From Pristiophorus japonicus (Eukaryota), in assembly GCF_044704955.1 (NCBI RefSeq), contig NC_091981.1:80600001-80664000 (forward strand): a stretch of DNA of 64,000 nucleotides. The letters are read 5' to 3'. Each line of letters opens with the position of its first letter. Positions within the stretch are counted from its first letter, which is position 1. The translations under genes and the position numbers were made by a program. A model generated the notes under the pieces. That model searched no databases and was not told the DNA's origin. It was given only the letters and a program-made list of their open reading frames with translations. This document shows positions 1-11,165 of this stretch, piece after piece.

Positions 1-1298
1 AGAACTTAAAGAAGGGTAACTTTGAAGGTATGAGGCGTGAATTGGCTAGGATTGATTGGCGAATGATACTTAAGGGGTTGACTGTGGATGGGCAATGGCA
101 GACATTTAGAGACCGCATGGATGAACTACAACAATTGTACATTCCTGTCTGTCGTAAAAATAAAAAAGGGAAGGTGGCTCAACCGTGGCTATCAAGGGAA
201 ATCAGGGATAGTATTAAAGCCAAGGAAGTGGCATACAAATTGGCCAGAAATAGCAGCAAACCCAGGGACTGGGAGAAATTTAGAACTCAGCAGAGGAGGA
301 CAAAGGGTTTGATTAGGGCAGGGAAAATGGAGTACGAAAAGAAGCTTGCAGGGAACATTAAGGCGGATTGCACAAGTTTCTATAGATATGTAAAGAGAAA
401 AAGATTAGTAAAAACAAACGTAGGTCCCTGCAGTCAGAATCAGGGGAAGTCATAACGGGGAACAAAGAAATGGCGGACCAATTAAACAAGTACTTTGGTT
501 CGGTATTCACTAAGGAGGACATTAACAACCTCCCGGATATAAGAGGGGTCAGAGGGTCTAGTAAGGAGGAGGAACTGAGGGAAATCCTTATTAGTCGGGA
601 AATTGTGTTGGGGAAATTGATGGGATTGAAGGCCGATAAATCCCCAGGGCCTGATGGACTGCATCCCAGAGTACTTAAGGAGGTGGCCTTGGAAATAGCG
701 GATGCATTGACAGTCATTTTCCAACATTCCATTGACTCTGGATCAGTTCCTATGGAGTGGAGGGTAGCCAATGTAACCCCGCTTTTTAAAAAAGGAGGGA
801 GAGAGAAAACAGGGAATTATAGACCGGTCAGCCTGACATCGGTAGTGGGTAAGATGCTGGAATCAATTATTAAGGATGTCATGGCAGCGCATTTGGAAAG
901 AGGTGACATGATAGGTCCAAGTCAGCATGGATTTGTGAAAGGGAAATCATGCTTGACAAATCTTCTAGAATTTTTTGAGGATGTTTCCAGTAGAGTGGAC
1001 AAGGGAGAACCAGTTGATGTGGTATATTTGGACTTTCAGAAGGCTTTCGACAAGGTCCCACACAAGAGATTAATGTGCAAAGTTAAAGCACATGGGATTG
1101 GGGGTAGTGTGCTGACATGGATTAAGAATTGGTTGTCAGACAGGAAGCAAAGAGTAGGAGTAAATGGGTACTTTTCAGAATGGCAGGCGGTGACTAGTGG
1201 GGTACCGCAAGGTTCTGTGCTGGGGCCCCAGCTGTTTACATTGTACATTAATGATTTAGACGAGGGGATTAAATGTAGTATCTCCAAATTTGCGGATG
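1..1298 (+). mobile_element. CR1-clade LINE fragment (ORF2 linker and reverse transcriptase), frameshifted, broken at the FAD(D) motif
   Basis: ORFs 30-455 and 470-1459 contain [51 protein letters not shown] and SKFAD. Very similar to the copies at 28491-30603 and 63180-64000. Confidence 0.95.
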
Positions 1299-1376
1299 GC
1301 AGTGCAGACGGTCCTCAAAGAAATGTGCGTACAGGTAAGTGTATGCCATTATTTTTGCTTGGGGAAAATTGTGGCC
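1299..1376. mobile_element. Orphan end of a Harbinger-like non-autonomous element
   Basis: Ends in GGGGAAAATTGTGGCC, resembling the GGGGAAATTTGGGCCC end at 50518-50533. No partner end is visible. Confidence 0.4.
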
Positions 1377-2019
1377 TATTTGCCCATCAAGACTCCTCCG
1401 TGATGAAGAAAAACGGAGGTTTCAAATTGAAGAGCGTGTCAAACAAACTGCTTGCATGAGTAGCTCTGTGTGATTAGCAGATCATTAATGCTTCTTCATG
1501 GACATATTCAGTATGACAATGCATACAAGTTATCAGCATTGTCATTTTAAATCAATTAGAAATTCTAGGTGTCTATGAGATCTGCCACAACCTTTACGTA
1601 CGAAAAGATAAATATTTGTAACTTCACCCCAAGTAATTTAAAAAGTCGGTGTTTCAGAGCATTCCTTTTCGGTAATGTTCAAAATAATGCCCCACTGTGG
1701 CCTTATTCCGAGCGTTCATCTGAGAAACTAAGATCTTGCATTAATTATTTTTCTAAACTTGCCATTAGATGTGGATGGTCTCCCAACTTTGTTGCTACTT
1801 CCACCATATTTCCTAGGCTAAATACTAAAATATTTCTTCAATTAGACTCAGCGCCTACCACCCCCACTGTTCACTGAAAGCAATGCGCATCTGAGAGGGC
1901 TGGAACGTGACTTTATTCTAGATTTCTGCCAGGCTGCCTGAGGGGGAAGGGGGCACCTAAAAAAGGACTTACCGGAGTGTGAAAAAGTGGGGGAAAAAAT
2001 TAAAAGCAGAAGGCCCAAG

Positions 2020-2330
2020 CTCATTTCAGTCTGTGCTGAGTTAGCTGATAACGGGCTTACAACTGATGACAGTACTCTGATTTGGGTCATGGGAATCAGT
2101 CAAGTCTCCCATGCCTCAGTGCCGTCTAGTGACCCCAGCTGAATGTGCATTCAAGCAGACATAGCCGGGTTGGGCTGTGTTGCCACATGGCTAAATTGTA
2201 CCCCAACACACTTTTGTCAAGACTCATGCATGAATAATGATGGCCATTTGGGTGAGGTAAATGGTGTTCATGGAACCATATCTCAGCAAGGAGTCAGCAC
2301 CTTCAGACCAGGAAGGGATGAGAAAAACTT
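2020..2330 (+). repeat. Old SINE-like dispersed repeat, decayed (possibly LF-SINE-like)
   Basis: CTGTGCTGAGTTAGCTGAT and downstream blocks resemble decayed sequence at about 33510-34120 and 47600-47820. The family name is from recall only. Confidence 0.35.
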
Positions 2331-2639
2331 GGCTGTTAGCTACAAGAAAGACTTTTATTGTAATCAAAGACCTAGTCTGCACAGCCAGTGAATTGTGCAT
2401 AGTCCTTATAAGGGAAGGGAAAGGGAGAGAATATGAAGGGGGAAACTAGCATGCTGCTGAGAGGGTATGGGGTTAAAAAAAAGGAAAGAGAATAGTCCAA
2501 TTAATGGCAAAACATATCAACTTGCAAAAAGCCTTAAACAAACAGCATCCGGCCTGTTGAAATTTACAGGTAACCTTTTAATTATTCCCTCAAAACACTT
2601 GTCAGAGTGTTTTGTTTTTTTAAGTACCATGGACAACTG

Positions 2640-3270
2640 TCCAAGGGTTGAAGTTGAAAGAGACCTAGGAATCTTAGTAGGCTCAACAACCAACATGGCC
2701 AACCGATACAGAACAACAATCAACAAAGTCAACAGAATTTTGAACTGTACATGAGAAAATCAGTAAAATACATGTCTGAGGAAGTTGTGAGCAAACTATG
2801 TAGTGCTCTGGTCTGACCACATCTTGAGAATTGTGTCCAGTTCTGGTCACCAAGAAACAAAGAACACATTCAAAACCTGATGGTAGCATAGAAAAGAACC
2901 ATAAGGCTGATCCTAGCGTCAGGGGTCTGGTTATGAGAATGAACTGGAGAAACTTGGAGTATTCAGCCTGAAAGGAGGTGTCTGAGAAGTGATCTTAGGA
3001 GGTATACAAGATATTAAATGGTGCTGAAAAGGTTAATCTGGAAAACTATTTTAAAGTAAACTATGGAAAGAGGGCAGGAGGACACAGGTTCAAAATAATA
3101 AAAGGTAACTTTAGGACCGTATCAGAAAGTTCTTCATGCAGAAAGTGATCAACACTAGGAATGGAATTCCATGCAGAGTGTTGGCGGTGAAATCTCGGAT
3201 CGCTTAAGAAACCATTAGGTGCAGCATAGGATTGTTTAGGATGGATGAAGTAAGAGAAGCTGAATGACCT
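2640..3270 (+). mobile_element. Highly decayed CR1-like LINE 3' fragment
   Basis: Remnants of ERDLG, RPHLE(Y)CVQFWSP, LFSL.RR.LR.DL and RGH.FK motifs, with many stops. Confidence 0.75.
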
Positions 3271-3539
3271 TCATTAACCCCCAGTATGTTGCGATCAGAC
3301 GTTATACATTATGAAGAGGTCCATATCACAACATAGTGACTATTAGCATCTCAGCTATCTTACCATTCCAACGACAGCATAAAGTCATACTGATACTAAC
3401 CACTCCCATGCTACAAAGTTGGAGAGGCACATTTCCAGATATGTGGCCTCAAATGGGAGACAAAGGGGAAAAGCCTCCAGCTGAAGTCATACCTGGCACA
3501 CAAGAAGAGAACTGCAGTTGTCGAGACCAATCATGGCAA

Positions 3540-4480
3540 CCCCGATTCAACATGCTGTTGAAGTTCCCATGGGCAGCATCTTTGGCCCAACCATCTGAAG
3601 ATGCTTCATCAATGAATTTCCCTCCATCATATATTGTCAGGAATAGGGCTGTTCCCTGATGATTCCAGTTTTCGTATCCATTCACAATTCCTCCAATTAT
3701 AAAAAAGAGCTCATACTAACCTACAGTAGCACCTGGACGAAATCCAGACTTAGGCTGACAAGTGCCAGATTACATTCATGCTACATAAATGCCAGGAAGA
3801 GACCATCTGCAACACAGGGAAAAAAAAATTGTCTTTAACAGCACCACCATTAACAAGTCTCTCGTCATCAACATTTGGGCAAAGAGAAATAACCATTTAC
3901 CAGAAGCTTAACTAGATCAGCCGCATCCAAATGATGGCCACAAGAGCAGGGCATTGACTGAGTATTTTGCGATGGGCAACTCGCCTCCTCACTCCTCTGC
4001 CTCTCCATCATCTACAAGGCTCAAGTCAAGAATGTATTGGGATGTTCAGCACTCAGCTGGAAGGGAGCAACCACAACACTCAAGAAGCATCCAAGACAAA
4101 GCAATCCAATAGATCGGCACTCCTGCCATTGATCTTAATATCCACCCTCACCACCACTGTAGTATGTACAATGCATTGGAGCAACTCACCAATCTTATTT
4201 CAACACCATCTCCTATTACCACGACCTCTACCACCGAGAAGGGCGAGAGCAGCAATATTGTAAGATCATCACCTCTAAGTCCCCGCAAGGTGACGCATCA
4301 TCCTGACTTGGATATAGACTACCACTTCTTCATCGTCACCGGATCAAAGTTCTGGAATTCCCGATCTAACACCATGATGGGACAACCATCAGCACAAGGA
4401 CTGCAACAGTTCAAAGAAAAGACAACCACCACCTTTTCAGGGCAATAAATGCCTTGCTAGTATTATCCACATCCCAGGAA
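3540..4480 (+). mobile_element. Decayed non-LTR retrotransposon RT and C-terminal fragment (CR1/L2 group)
   Basis: Degenerate VP.GSI.GP...FIN..P and F.DD motifs at about 3560-3665, followed by a LINE-like C-terminus (WNS motif at about 4353). Confidence 0.6.
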
Positions 4481-5142
4481 CACAAATATGAAAACATTGT
4501 AGATGGCAGTGCTAACAGGCCTAAACTGCCAGAAAGGATTTTAATGTTTCAACAGAGATGACAGTTAAGATATAAATGGTGGTACACAGCCCAACAAAGT
4601 TTGTTGCTTTAATTTTTAAAACTACTTTTTTGGTGAGCTTTTCAACTTCTGCTTCTGCTTCGAAACACACACCACTTATGCAAACCCAGCACTGACATAG
4701 ATCAATTTTTCTGTTGGGTTGGATAGAACCCAAGAGATTTTGGCACATACGCTACAACTGTGGTATCAAAGCAGCATTAGGGACCTTGCCTCTGCTGTTT
4801 CTAACCAACAACGTAACTAGTGACAAGCTTGCATGCAAACTTCCACTAAATATCTACACTACACCAAACCACACCCAAATATTGCTTTACAATTAAATCA
4901 CCATTTAAAAACATTTGACACCATATTGATTATTCAAATAAATCTTTACATTTGTCCCCAAATTAAATTAAATTTTGAAAAATGACATCTCAAAGCATCA
5001 ATCTCCAAAAAATATTAAATCAAAAGGAATGTAGGTTTTTTAACTATCTGTGAGAAGCAATTAGCTCTTGATTCCCCTAAATACACACACACATCCTGAA
5101 TCAACTGCTTTCAGGCTTCTAACGGTGCAGTGCCATCAACCA

Positions 5143-5575
5143 ATCATCATCATCATCACAGGCAGTCCCTCGTGTCGAGGATGACTTGCTTCCACTACAA
5201 AAAGGGATGAGTTCACAGGTATTGCAATGAAGGACTGAATATTCCAGGTACCGAATTCATGTTGAAGGGTGGAAGATGCCTGTGTGTGGATTTTTTTTAA
5301 CGTGTGGTGGCCGTTGCACACCAGCCACCGCACGGACTTGACAGAGCTCGGTCTTGGTCCAGTGGCAAGGAGTAACCAAGTCGACTGGAGACCAGCTCTG
5401 CTGCACGGCCTTAGTGCACACACATATTGCAGTGTGGGCTGGCCCGTGCTGCCCCTGGGCTCTCGCCTCTTCTGGGCCTCGAACTCACCGATCTTGTCGC
5501 TCCACGATCACTCACCGCTCCTGTGCCCCAACCTCGCTGCTCCTGCTGTACCTGCCCACACTCCAATCAGCGACC
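5143..5575 (-). mobile_element. Non-autonomous retroelement (SINE-like) with RTE-type 3' tail
   Basis: The reverse complement ends GGAAGCAAGTCATCCTCG..CGAGGGACTGCC(TGA)n, matching the RTE end at 43200-43246. The body aligns with 59992-60363. Confidence 0.85.
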
Positions 5576-6036
5576 TGTGGTGTCCTTCACCATGGGCTTT
5601 GACACCTTGATTCTCACAGAAAAAAAACTTAATATATTCTACTTTTAAGTATGTTCATCTATCAACATTATGAACAGTGCTGTTCCTTAGGTACTCCGCT
5701 GGTCATAAGGGAGGAGTTCACAGGTATTGCATTTTGATTAGAATTGATACAACAGTTCGCCACCCTTTTTTATTACCATTTAACTAATCTAGATTTCAAT
5801 TTACATGTGCCTTTAATGACTTGTTAAAAAGAAAATCAGGCACAGTTCATTTTGAACTTCATTCACTCACCCACGACATGATGGACCAGAGCAGTGTGGG
5901 TGGCCCAGATTATCCAACCTTCTAAGGAGCTACCTTGCCATGGTTAAAAGATCAAGAACTTAGCACATGGGTATTCAAAGTGAAAAACCAGATGTTACAA
6001 TTCCAAGGAGCAGCATATTAAAATTATTTCGATGTA

Positions 6037-6120
6037 CATGTGCAGCGCCTAAAATCTGGAACCCTCGGTTCGGAACGTCAGAAAGGGGGGTGTACCTGCC
6101 GAGGAGCGGTTCGGGGTGTT
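6037..6120. mobile_element. Left end of a TA-flanked Tc1/mariner-pogo-type MITE leading into a minisatellite
   Basis: TA + CATGTGCAGCGCCTAAAATCTGGAACCCTCGG resembles the TIR CAGGTACAGCGTCCGAAATCCGGAATCCTCAG at 33567. The right end is not seen. Confidence 0.6.
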
Positions 6121-7385
6121 GGGCGGGCGGGGCCCCGCCGAGGTGGTCGCCGGGTGGTAGGGCCCCGCCGAGGTGGTCGCCGGGCGGTAGGGCCCCGCCG
6201 AGGTGGTCGCCGGGCGGTAGGGCCCCGCCGAGGTGGTCGCCGGGCGGTAGGGCCCCGCCGAGGTGGTTGCCGGGCGGGGCCCCGCCGAGGTGGTTGCCGG
6301 GCGGTAGGGCCCCGCCGAGGTGGTCGCCGGGCGGTAGGGCCCCGCCGAGGTGGTCGCCGGGCGGTAGGGCCCCGCCGAGGTGGTCGCCGGGCGGTAGGGC
6401 CCCGCCGAGGTGGTTGCCGGGCGGGCGGGGCCCCGCCGAGGTGGTTGCCGGACGGGCGGGGCCCCGCCGAGGTGGTTGCCGGGTGGGCGGGGCCCCGCCG
6501 AGGTGGTTGCCGGGCGGTAGGGCCCCGCCGAGGTGGTCGCCGGGCGGGCGGGGCCCCGCCGAGGTGGTTGCCGGGCGGGCGGGGCCCCGCCGAGGTGGTC
6601 GGCGGGCGGTAGGGCCCCACCGAGGTGGTCGCCGGGCGGGCGGGGCCCCGCCGAGGTGGTTGCCGGGCGGTAGGGCCCCACCGAGGTGGTTGCCGGGCGG
6701 TAGGGCCCCGCCGAGGTGGTCGCCGGGCGGGCGGGGCCCCACCGAGGTGGTTGCCGGGCGGTAGGGCCCCACCGAGGTGGTCGGCGGGCGGTAGGGCCCC
6801 ACCGAGGTGGTCGCCGGGCGGGCGGGGCCCCGCCGAGGTGGTTGCCGGGCGGTAGGGCCCCACCGAGGTGGTCGGCGGGCGGTAGGGCCCCACCGAGGTG
6901 GTCGCCGGGCGGGCGGGGCCCCGCCGAGGTGGTTGCCGGGCGGTAGGGCCCCGCCAAGGTGGTTGCCGGGCGGTAGGGCCCCGCCGAGGTGGTCGCCGGG
7001 CGGGCGGGGCCCCACCGAGGTGGTCGCCGGGCGGTAGGGCCCCACCGAGGTGGTCGCCGGGCGGTAGGGCCCCACCGAGGTGGTCGCCGGGCGGTAGGGC
7101 CCCACCGAGGTGGTCGCCGGGCGGTAGGGCCCCACCTAGGTGGTCGCCGGGCGGTAGGGCCCCACCGAGGTGGTCGCCGGGCGGGCGGGGCCCCACCTAG
7201 GTGGTCGCCGGGCGGTAGGGCCCCACCTAGGTGGTCGCCGGGCGGGCGGGGCCCCGCCGAGGTGGTCGCCGGGCGGAAGGGCCCCGCCGAGGTGGTTGCC
7301 GGGCGGTAGGGCCCCACCGAGGTGGTCGCCGGGTGGGCGGGGCCCTGCCGAGGTGGTCGCCGGGTGGGCGGGGCCCTGCCGAGGA
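6121..7385. repeat. GC-rich minisatellite, 30-31 bp unit (GGGCCCCGCCGAGGTGGTCGCCGGGCGGTA), about 41 copies
   Basis: Directly visible tandem array. It accounts for all overlapping ORFs at 5967-7531. Confidence 0.98.
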
Positions 7386-7523
7386 AGCCAATTGGAGCAT
7401 TTGCACAAAAAATTCTCAACAATCTCTATGAAGAAAGAATGAGAGACAGAAATCATGAAAATGTTCAAAACGTTCCCTATTTTGCCTGACTGCAGCACTT
7501 TATGAGATGAGGTGCTGCCTAAT

Positions 7524-7605
7524 ACTTGCATTTAGTCAGCACTTTACCTCTTCAAAACATCTCAAAGTGCTTACACAAATAATTAATTTTGAAGTGCAGT
7601 GACTC
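7524..7605 (-). repeat. SINE/L2-type 3' tail fragment
   Basis: Resembles 10508-10595 (CTTGCATTTA...TTTTGAAGTG.AGT). Confidence 0.6.
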
Positions 7606-7696
7606 TTGGGGAAAAATAAAAATAATACAAGCCTGCATCAAACTAATATCCAACTTACCGATCAGAATACTCCAGAAACCATGTGCAAAACATATA

Positions 7697-8083
7697 CAGG
7701 TTGAACCTCTCTTATCCAGGTCTCCCTTATCCGGCACCATTCCCAGCTGCCGGGTGGCACATGCGCAGAACGCAGCCAGTCAAAATCTTACTCACCGATA
7801 TAATCTTTCTCCTCGATTGGCTGCCTCCTCCTCATCGCCCTGCTGGAACTCCTGCAGCCACAGTCGCTCCTCCGCACAGCGCTCCCTCTGGGGGGGTCGG
7901 ACCAACTCTTCGGGGCCCGTCAGCTCCGCCGACCTCCTCCGACTCCGACCCCCCCACCGACCTCGGGCCACCCCCACCCCCCCCCCCACCCGCCCCCCCG
8001 CCAATGACCTCTTCTCATCCTGCAAAATTCCTTATTCTGCACAGGTCAGGTACCAAGAGCGCCGGATAAGGAGGTTCAACCTG
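7697..8083. mobile_element. TA-flanked MITE (pogo/Tigger-like)
   Basis: TIR CAGGTTGAACCTC...GAGGTTCAACCTG with subterminal CTTATCCGGC and TA on both sides. C-rich interior. Confidence 0.9.
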
Positions 8084-8644
8084 TACTAGAAAACATACAG
8101 AACTTTGATTACTGAAACTGAATTATCGTGATACTATGCACATTACAATAGCTCAATAGACTACATTTACCCAGTGAAAATGGAATGACTTACATACTGA
8201 AAAGAGATTTTTATACTGTATACCTGGGAGTTCAAGTAGATATGAATGGGATTTGGTCTGTCTCTGCTTTCAGCAAATTATCGACTCCCCAAAAGCTGCA
8301 CATATTATATTTACACACTATTAAATAATCTTGGACACAAGCTGCACATGTATTAAATCAGTGGCGACTCAAATCAGGATTATTTACCTAAGTATGATAT
8401 TAAGTAATTTGTTTTCAATCTCTTTGGGAGGTGTTGTTCCTAATAACAAAGTAAGAAGAACATAAACATGTATGCACATTTCCAAAATATACTTCAACTT
8501 AGAACACACAGCAATGGACAACGTCAAATATACCGCTGTTGTACAAACAGGATATCTGAGGGTGATCAACTTCCAAACATTAAGACAACTTCCAGAACTA
8601 TAATCTGTTTCAGCATATTTTGTATCAGAGTTCCTGAAATCCAT

Positions 8645-9896
8645 GGGCCCAAGTTTCCACAAGAAAAAAAACGGGCGCCCCTCCGAGCTGGGCGCCCGTT
8701 TTTCGCGCCTAAAAAAATCCTCGGTATTCTCCACCTACTTACAGGTCCTCTGGCCCTCGGCGCAGCCAGCATGAGCTGTGGGGGGGGGCAGAGCCAGGTC
8801 CCGGCGCTGAAAACAGTGCCGGGACCTCTGCACATGCGCGCTACAGTCGGCACGCAAGTGCAGTAGCTCCAGGCGCCAAACTGTGTGGGAGGGGCCCGAA
8901 GTACGCAGCCCCTAGCCCTGGCCGAATGGCCTCATTGGGGCTGTGTGAATGAGGCTCCTCCCACGGCCAGCTCCTGGTCCCCCCCGCCCCCGACCAGACC
9001 CGACACTCGCTGCTCCCCCCCCCCGCCCGCCGACCAGACCCGACCCAACACCCGCTCCCCCCGCCCCAGACCCGACACCCGCTCTCCCCCCCCCCGCCCC
9101 GAGACCCGCTCCCCCCCACCCCCGACTCACCCGACCCGCGCTCCTGTTCCCCGACCCGACCCTCTCTCTCTCTCGCTCTCTCTCTCTCTCCCCGCCCCCC
9201 CTCCCCCTCTCTCCCCGCCCCCCTCCCCCTCTCTCCCCGCCCCCCTCCCCCTCTCTCTCCCCCCTCCCCCCCCTCCCCCTCTCTCTCACCCCTCCCCCCC
9301 CTCTCTCTCTCTCTCCCCCGCTCAGCGACACGAACGGCTTGCTTTCTCCCCCCCCCCTCCCCTCCCCTTCCCCCTCCCCTCCCGCTCAGCGGCACGAACG
9401 GCTGCAGAATTCTCCCTGGCTGAAGCACTTTCACACAGGTAGGAAGATGGTTTATTTAATCTTTTCTTGGCTTATAAATGTTTATTCAGGTTGGATTTAT
9501 TTTGTATAATATTTGTAGAAGTATAAATAAGGATTTATTGTCTAATTTAATGAATTCCCTTCCCCCCCCCCTCCCCCCCACCTCGTTCTGGACGCCTAAT
9601 TTGTAACCTGCGCCTGATTTTTTAATGTGTAGAACAGGTTTTTTCAGTTCTACAAAAATCTTCACTGGCTCCATTCTACTTCAGTTTGGAGTACATTTTC
9701 ACTGTGGAAACTTTCAAATCAGGCGTCAGTGGCCGGACACGCCCCCTTTTGAAGAAAAAATTCTGTTCTAAACTAGAACTGTTCTACCTGACTAGAACTG
9801 CAGAAAAAAAAGTGGAGAATTGAGATTTCTAAAATAGTCCGTTCTCCACCAGTTGCTCCTAAAAATCAGGCGCGAATCATGTGGAAACTTGGGCCC
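8645..9896. mobile_element. Non-autonomous PIF/Harbinger element, derivative of the 35318-40710 family in opposite orientation
   Basis: TIR GGGCCCAAGTTTCCACA at both ends and 3-bp TSD CAT (8642-8644, 9897-9899). 9420-9896 is the reverse complement of 35318-35800. Interior 8980-9390 is C-rich tandem sequence. Confidence 0.95.
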
Positions 9897-10504
9897 CATA
9901 AAACTACAGCAAATTATTTCCTTTCTGTACACAAGCATCCTCCCACTTATTTCTCTTGCCCAGGCTTCTTTCACCATTGCGAGAACCAGTGTCCAGGCTA
10001 CAGACCTCTCCATATCTGCTGACCTGAGCAGCTGTCTTGCAGCTGGCAAGGTGGATGTCCAGAAGAGAGTGCTCCATTATTATAAATCCCCCACTTAAAT
10101 TATCTGTCATTTTATGAAACTCAGCCAAGCTCAGCAGATAATAAATCATGGATTCAATCCTAGAGATTGTTTATCCATCCCTTCTGCATGGCATTTAAGC
10201 TCTCAGGAGCCCCTCACTTTCAAATGCTGGGCCTGGAGAAAAAATTATCAGTAAGGACACCAGTATGGTGAAAAAAAAAGTGTCTCTTTATGCAAATTAC
10301 CGTAATCAAACAATGCATGGTGGTGTTCAATTTCATTAACTGCTATCTATATACTTGACTCGTTCGAAGGATGCTTGGCTGGCTCATCATGATCTAACCA
10401 TGTACAACATAATTCACATTCACCAAAATGTTAAATCAAACTCTTGTCTGGACAGAGTTTGGTGGATACTACCATGCAGAGAGAAAACAAGCAAAAACAT
10501 GAAA

Positions 10505-11165
10505 GAGACTTGCATTTATACAGCACCTTTCGTACCACCGTACGTCCAAAGCGCTTTACAGTCAATAAAGTACTTTTGAAGTGTAGTCACTGTTGTAATG
10601 TAGGAAATGTGGCAGCTAATTTGCACACAAGCAAGCTCGTACAAACAGCAATGTGATAATGACCAGATAATCTGTTTTTGTTAAGTTGATTGAGCGATAA
10701 ATATTGACCAGGACACCAGGAATGCCAGAAACATGGGCTTGGGGGTGGGGGGAAAGGTCAAGCATTTGAGGCGTCGGGACAGGAACTAATTTTAGGGGGA
10801 GTGGGAGAACGTCTTAACCCGTGAGAATGAGCCCGGTCTGTTCCAAGTGGAGTCGGCAGTCAGAATGGCTGAAATTACACTTTGCAAAGTCACTGATGAT
10901 GTCGTCAGGGCGGTTCTAATTACATATTCCAAAGAAACAGCTGGGTGTGTCTTATCCTCCAAGAGGACCAATCGGGTCTTGCAATCTTCGAAATAGTGCC
11001 ATGGGATCTTTTACGGCCATCTGAGAGAGCAGATGGGCCTTGGTTTAATGTTTCATCTGTACTCCCTCAGTACTGCACTGGAGTGTCAGCCTAGACTTTG
11101 ATGCTCAAGTCTCTGGAGTCACAACCTTCTGACTCAGAGGCAAGACTGCTATCTACTGAGCCACA
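10505..11165 (-). mobile_element. tRNA-derived SINE with L2-type tail (SacSINE1/DeuSINE-like), interrupted at 10720-10973
   Basis: Minus-strand head GTGGCTCAGTAGATAGC resembles 52893-52985. Tail TGTAAAGCGCTTTGG...TATAAATGCAAG resembles the L2 tails at 43520-43575 and 52595-52650. Confidence 0.8.

Noticed and set aside
1331-1340. Strong splice donor CAG|GTAAGT after the CR1 fragment
   Set aside because: It lies in an apparent transposon end. Similar CAGGTA(A/G) words occur in other MITE arms, and no exon is supportable.
6121-7385. CRISPR-like or CTCF-site array
   Set aside because: The units are head-to-tail with no unique spacers and the context is eukaryotic. The match to the CTCF consensus is poor.
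5967-7531. Multiple long Pro/Arg/Gly-rich ORFs on both strands
   Set aside because: They are translations of the stop-poor 30-bp GC minisatellite.
8384-8734. 116-aa minus-strand ORF as a gene
   Set aside because: Its N-terminus comes from the Harbinger MITE end and the rest has no recognisable homology.
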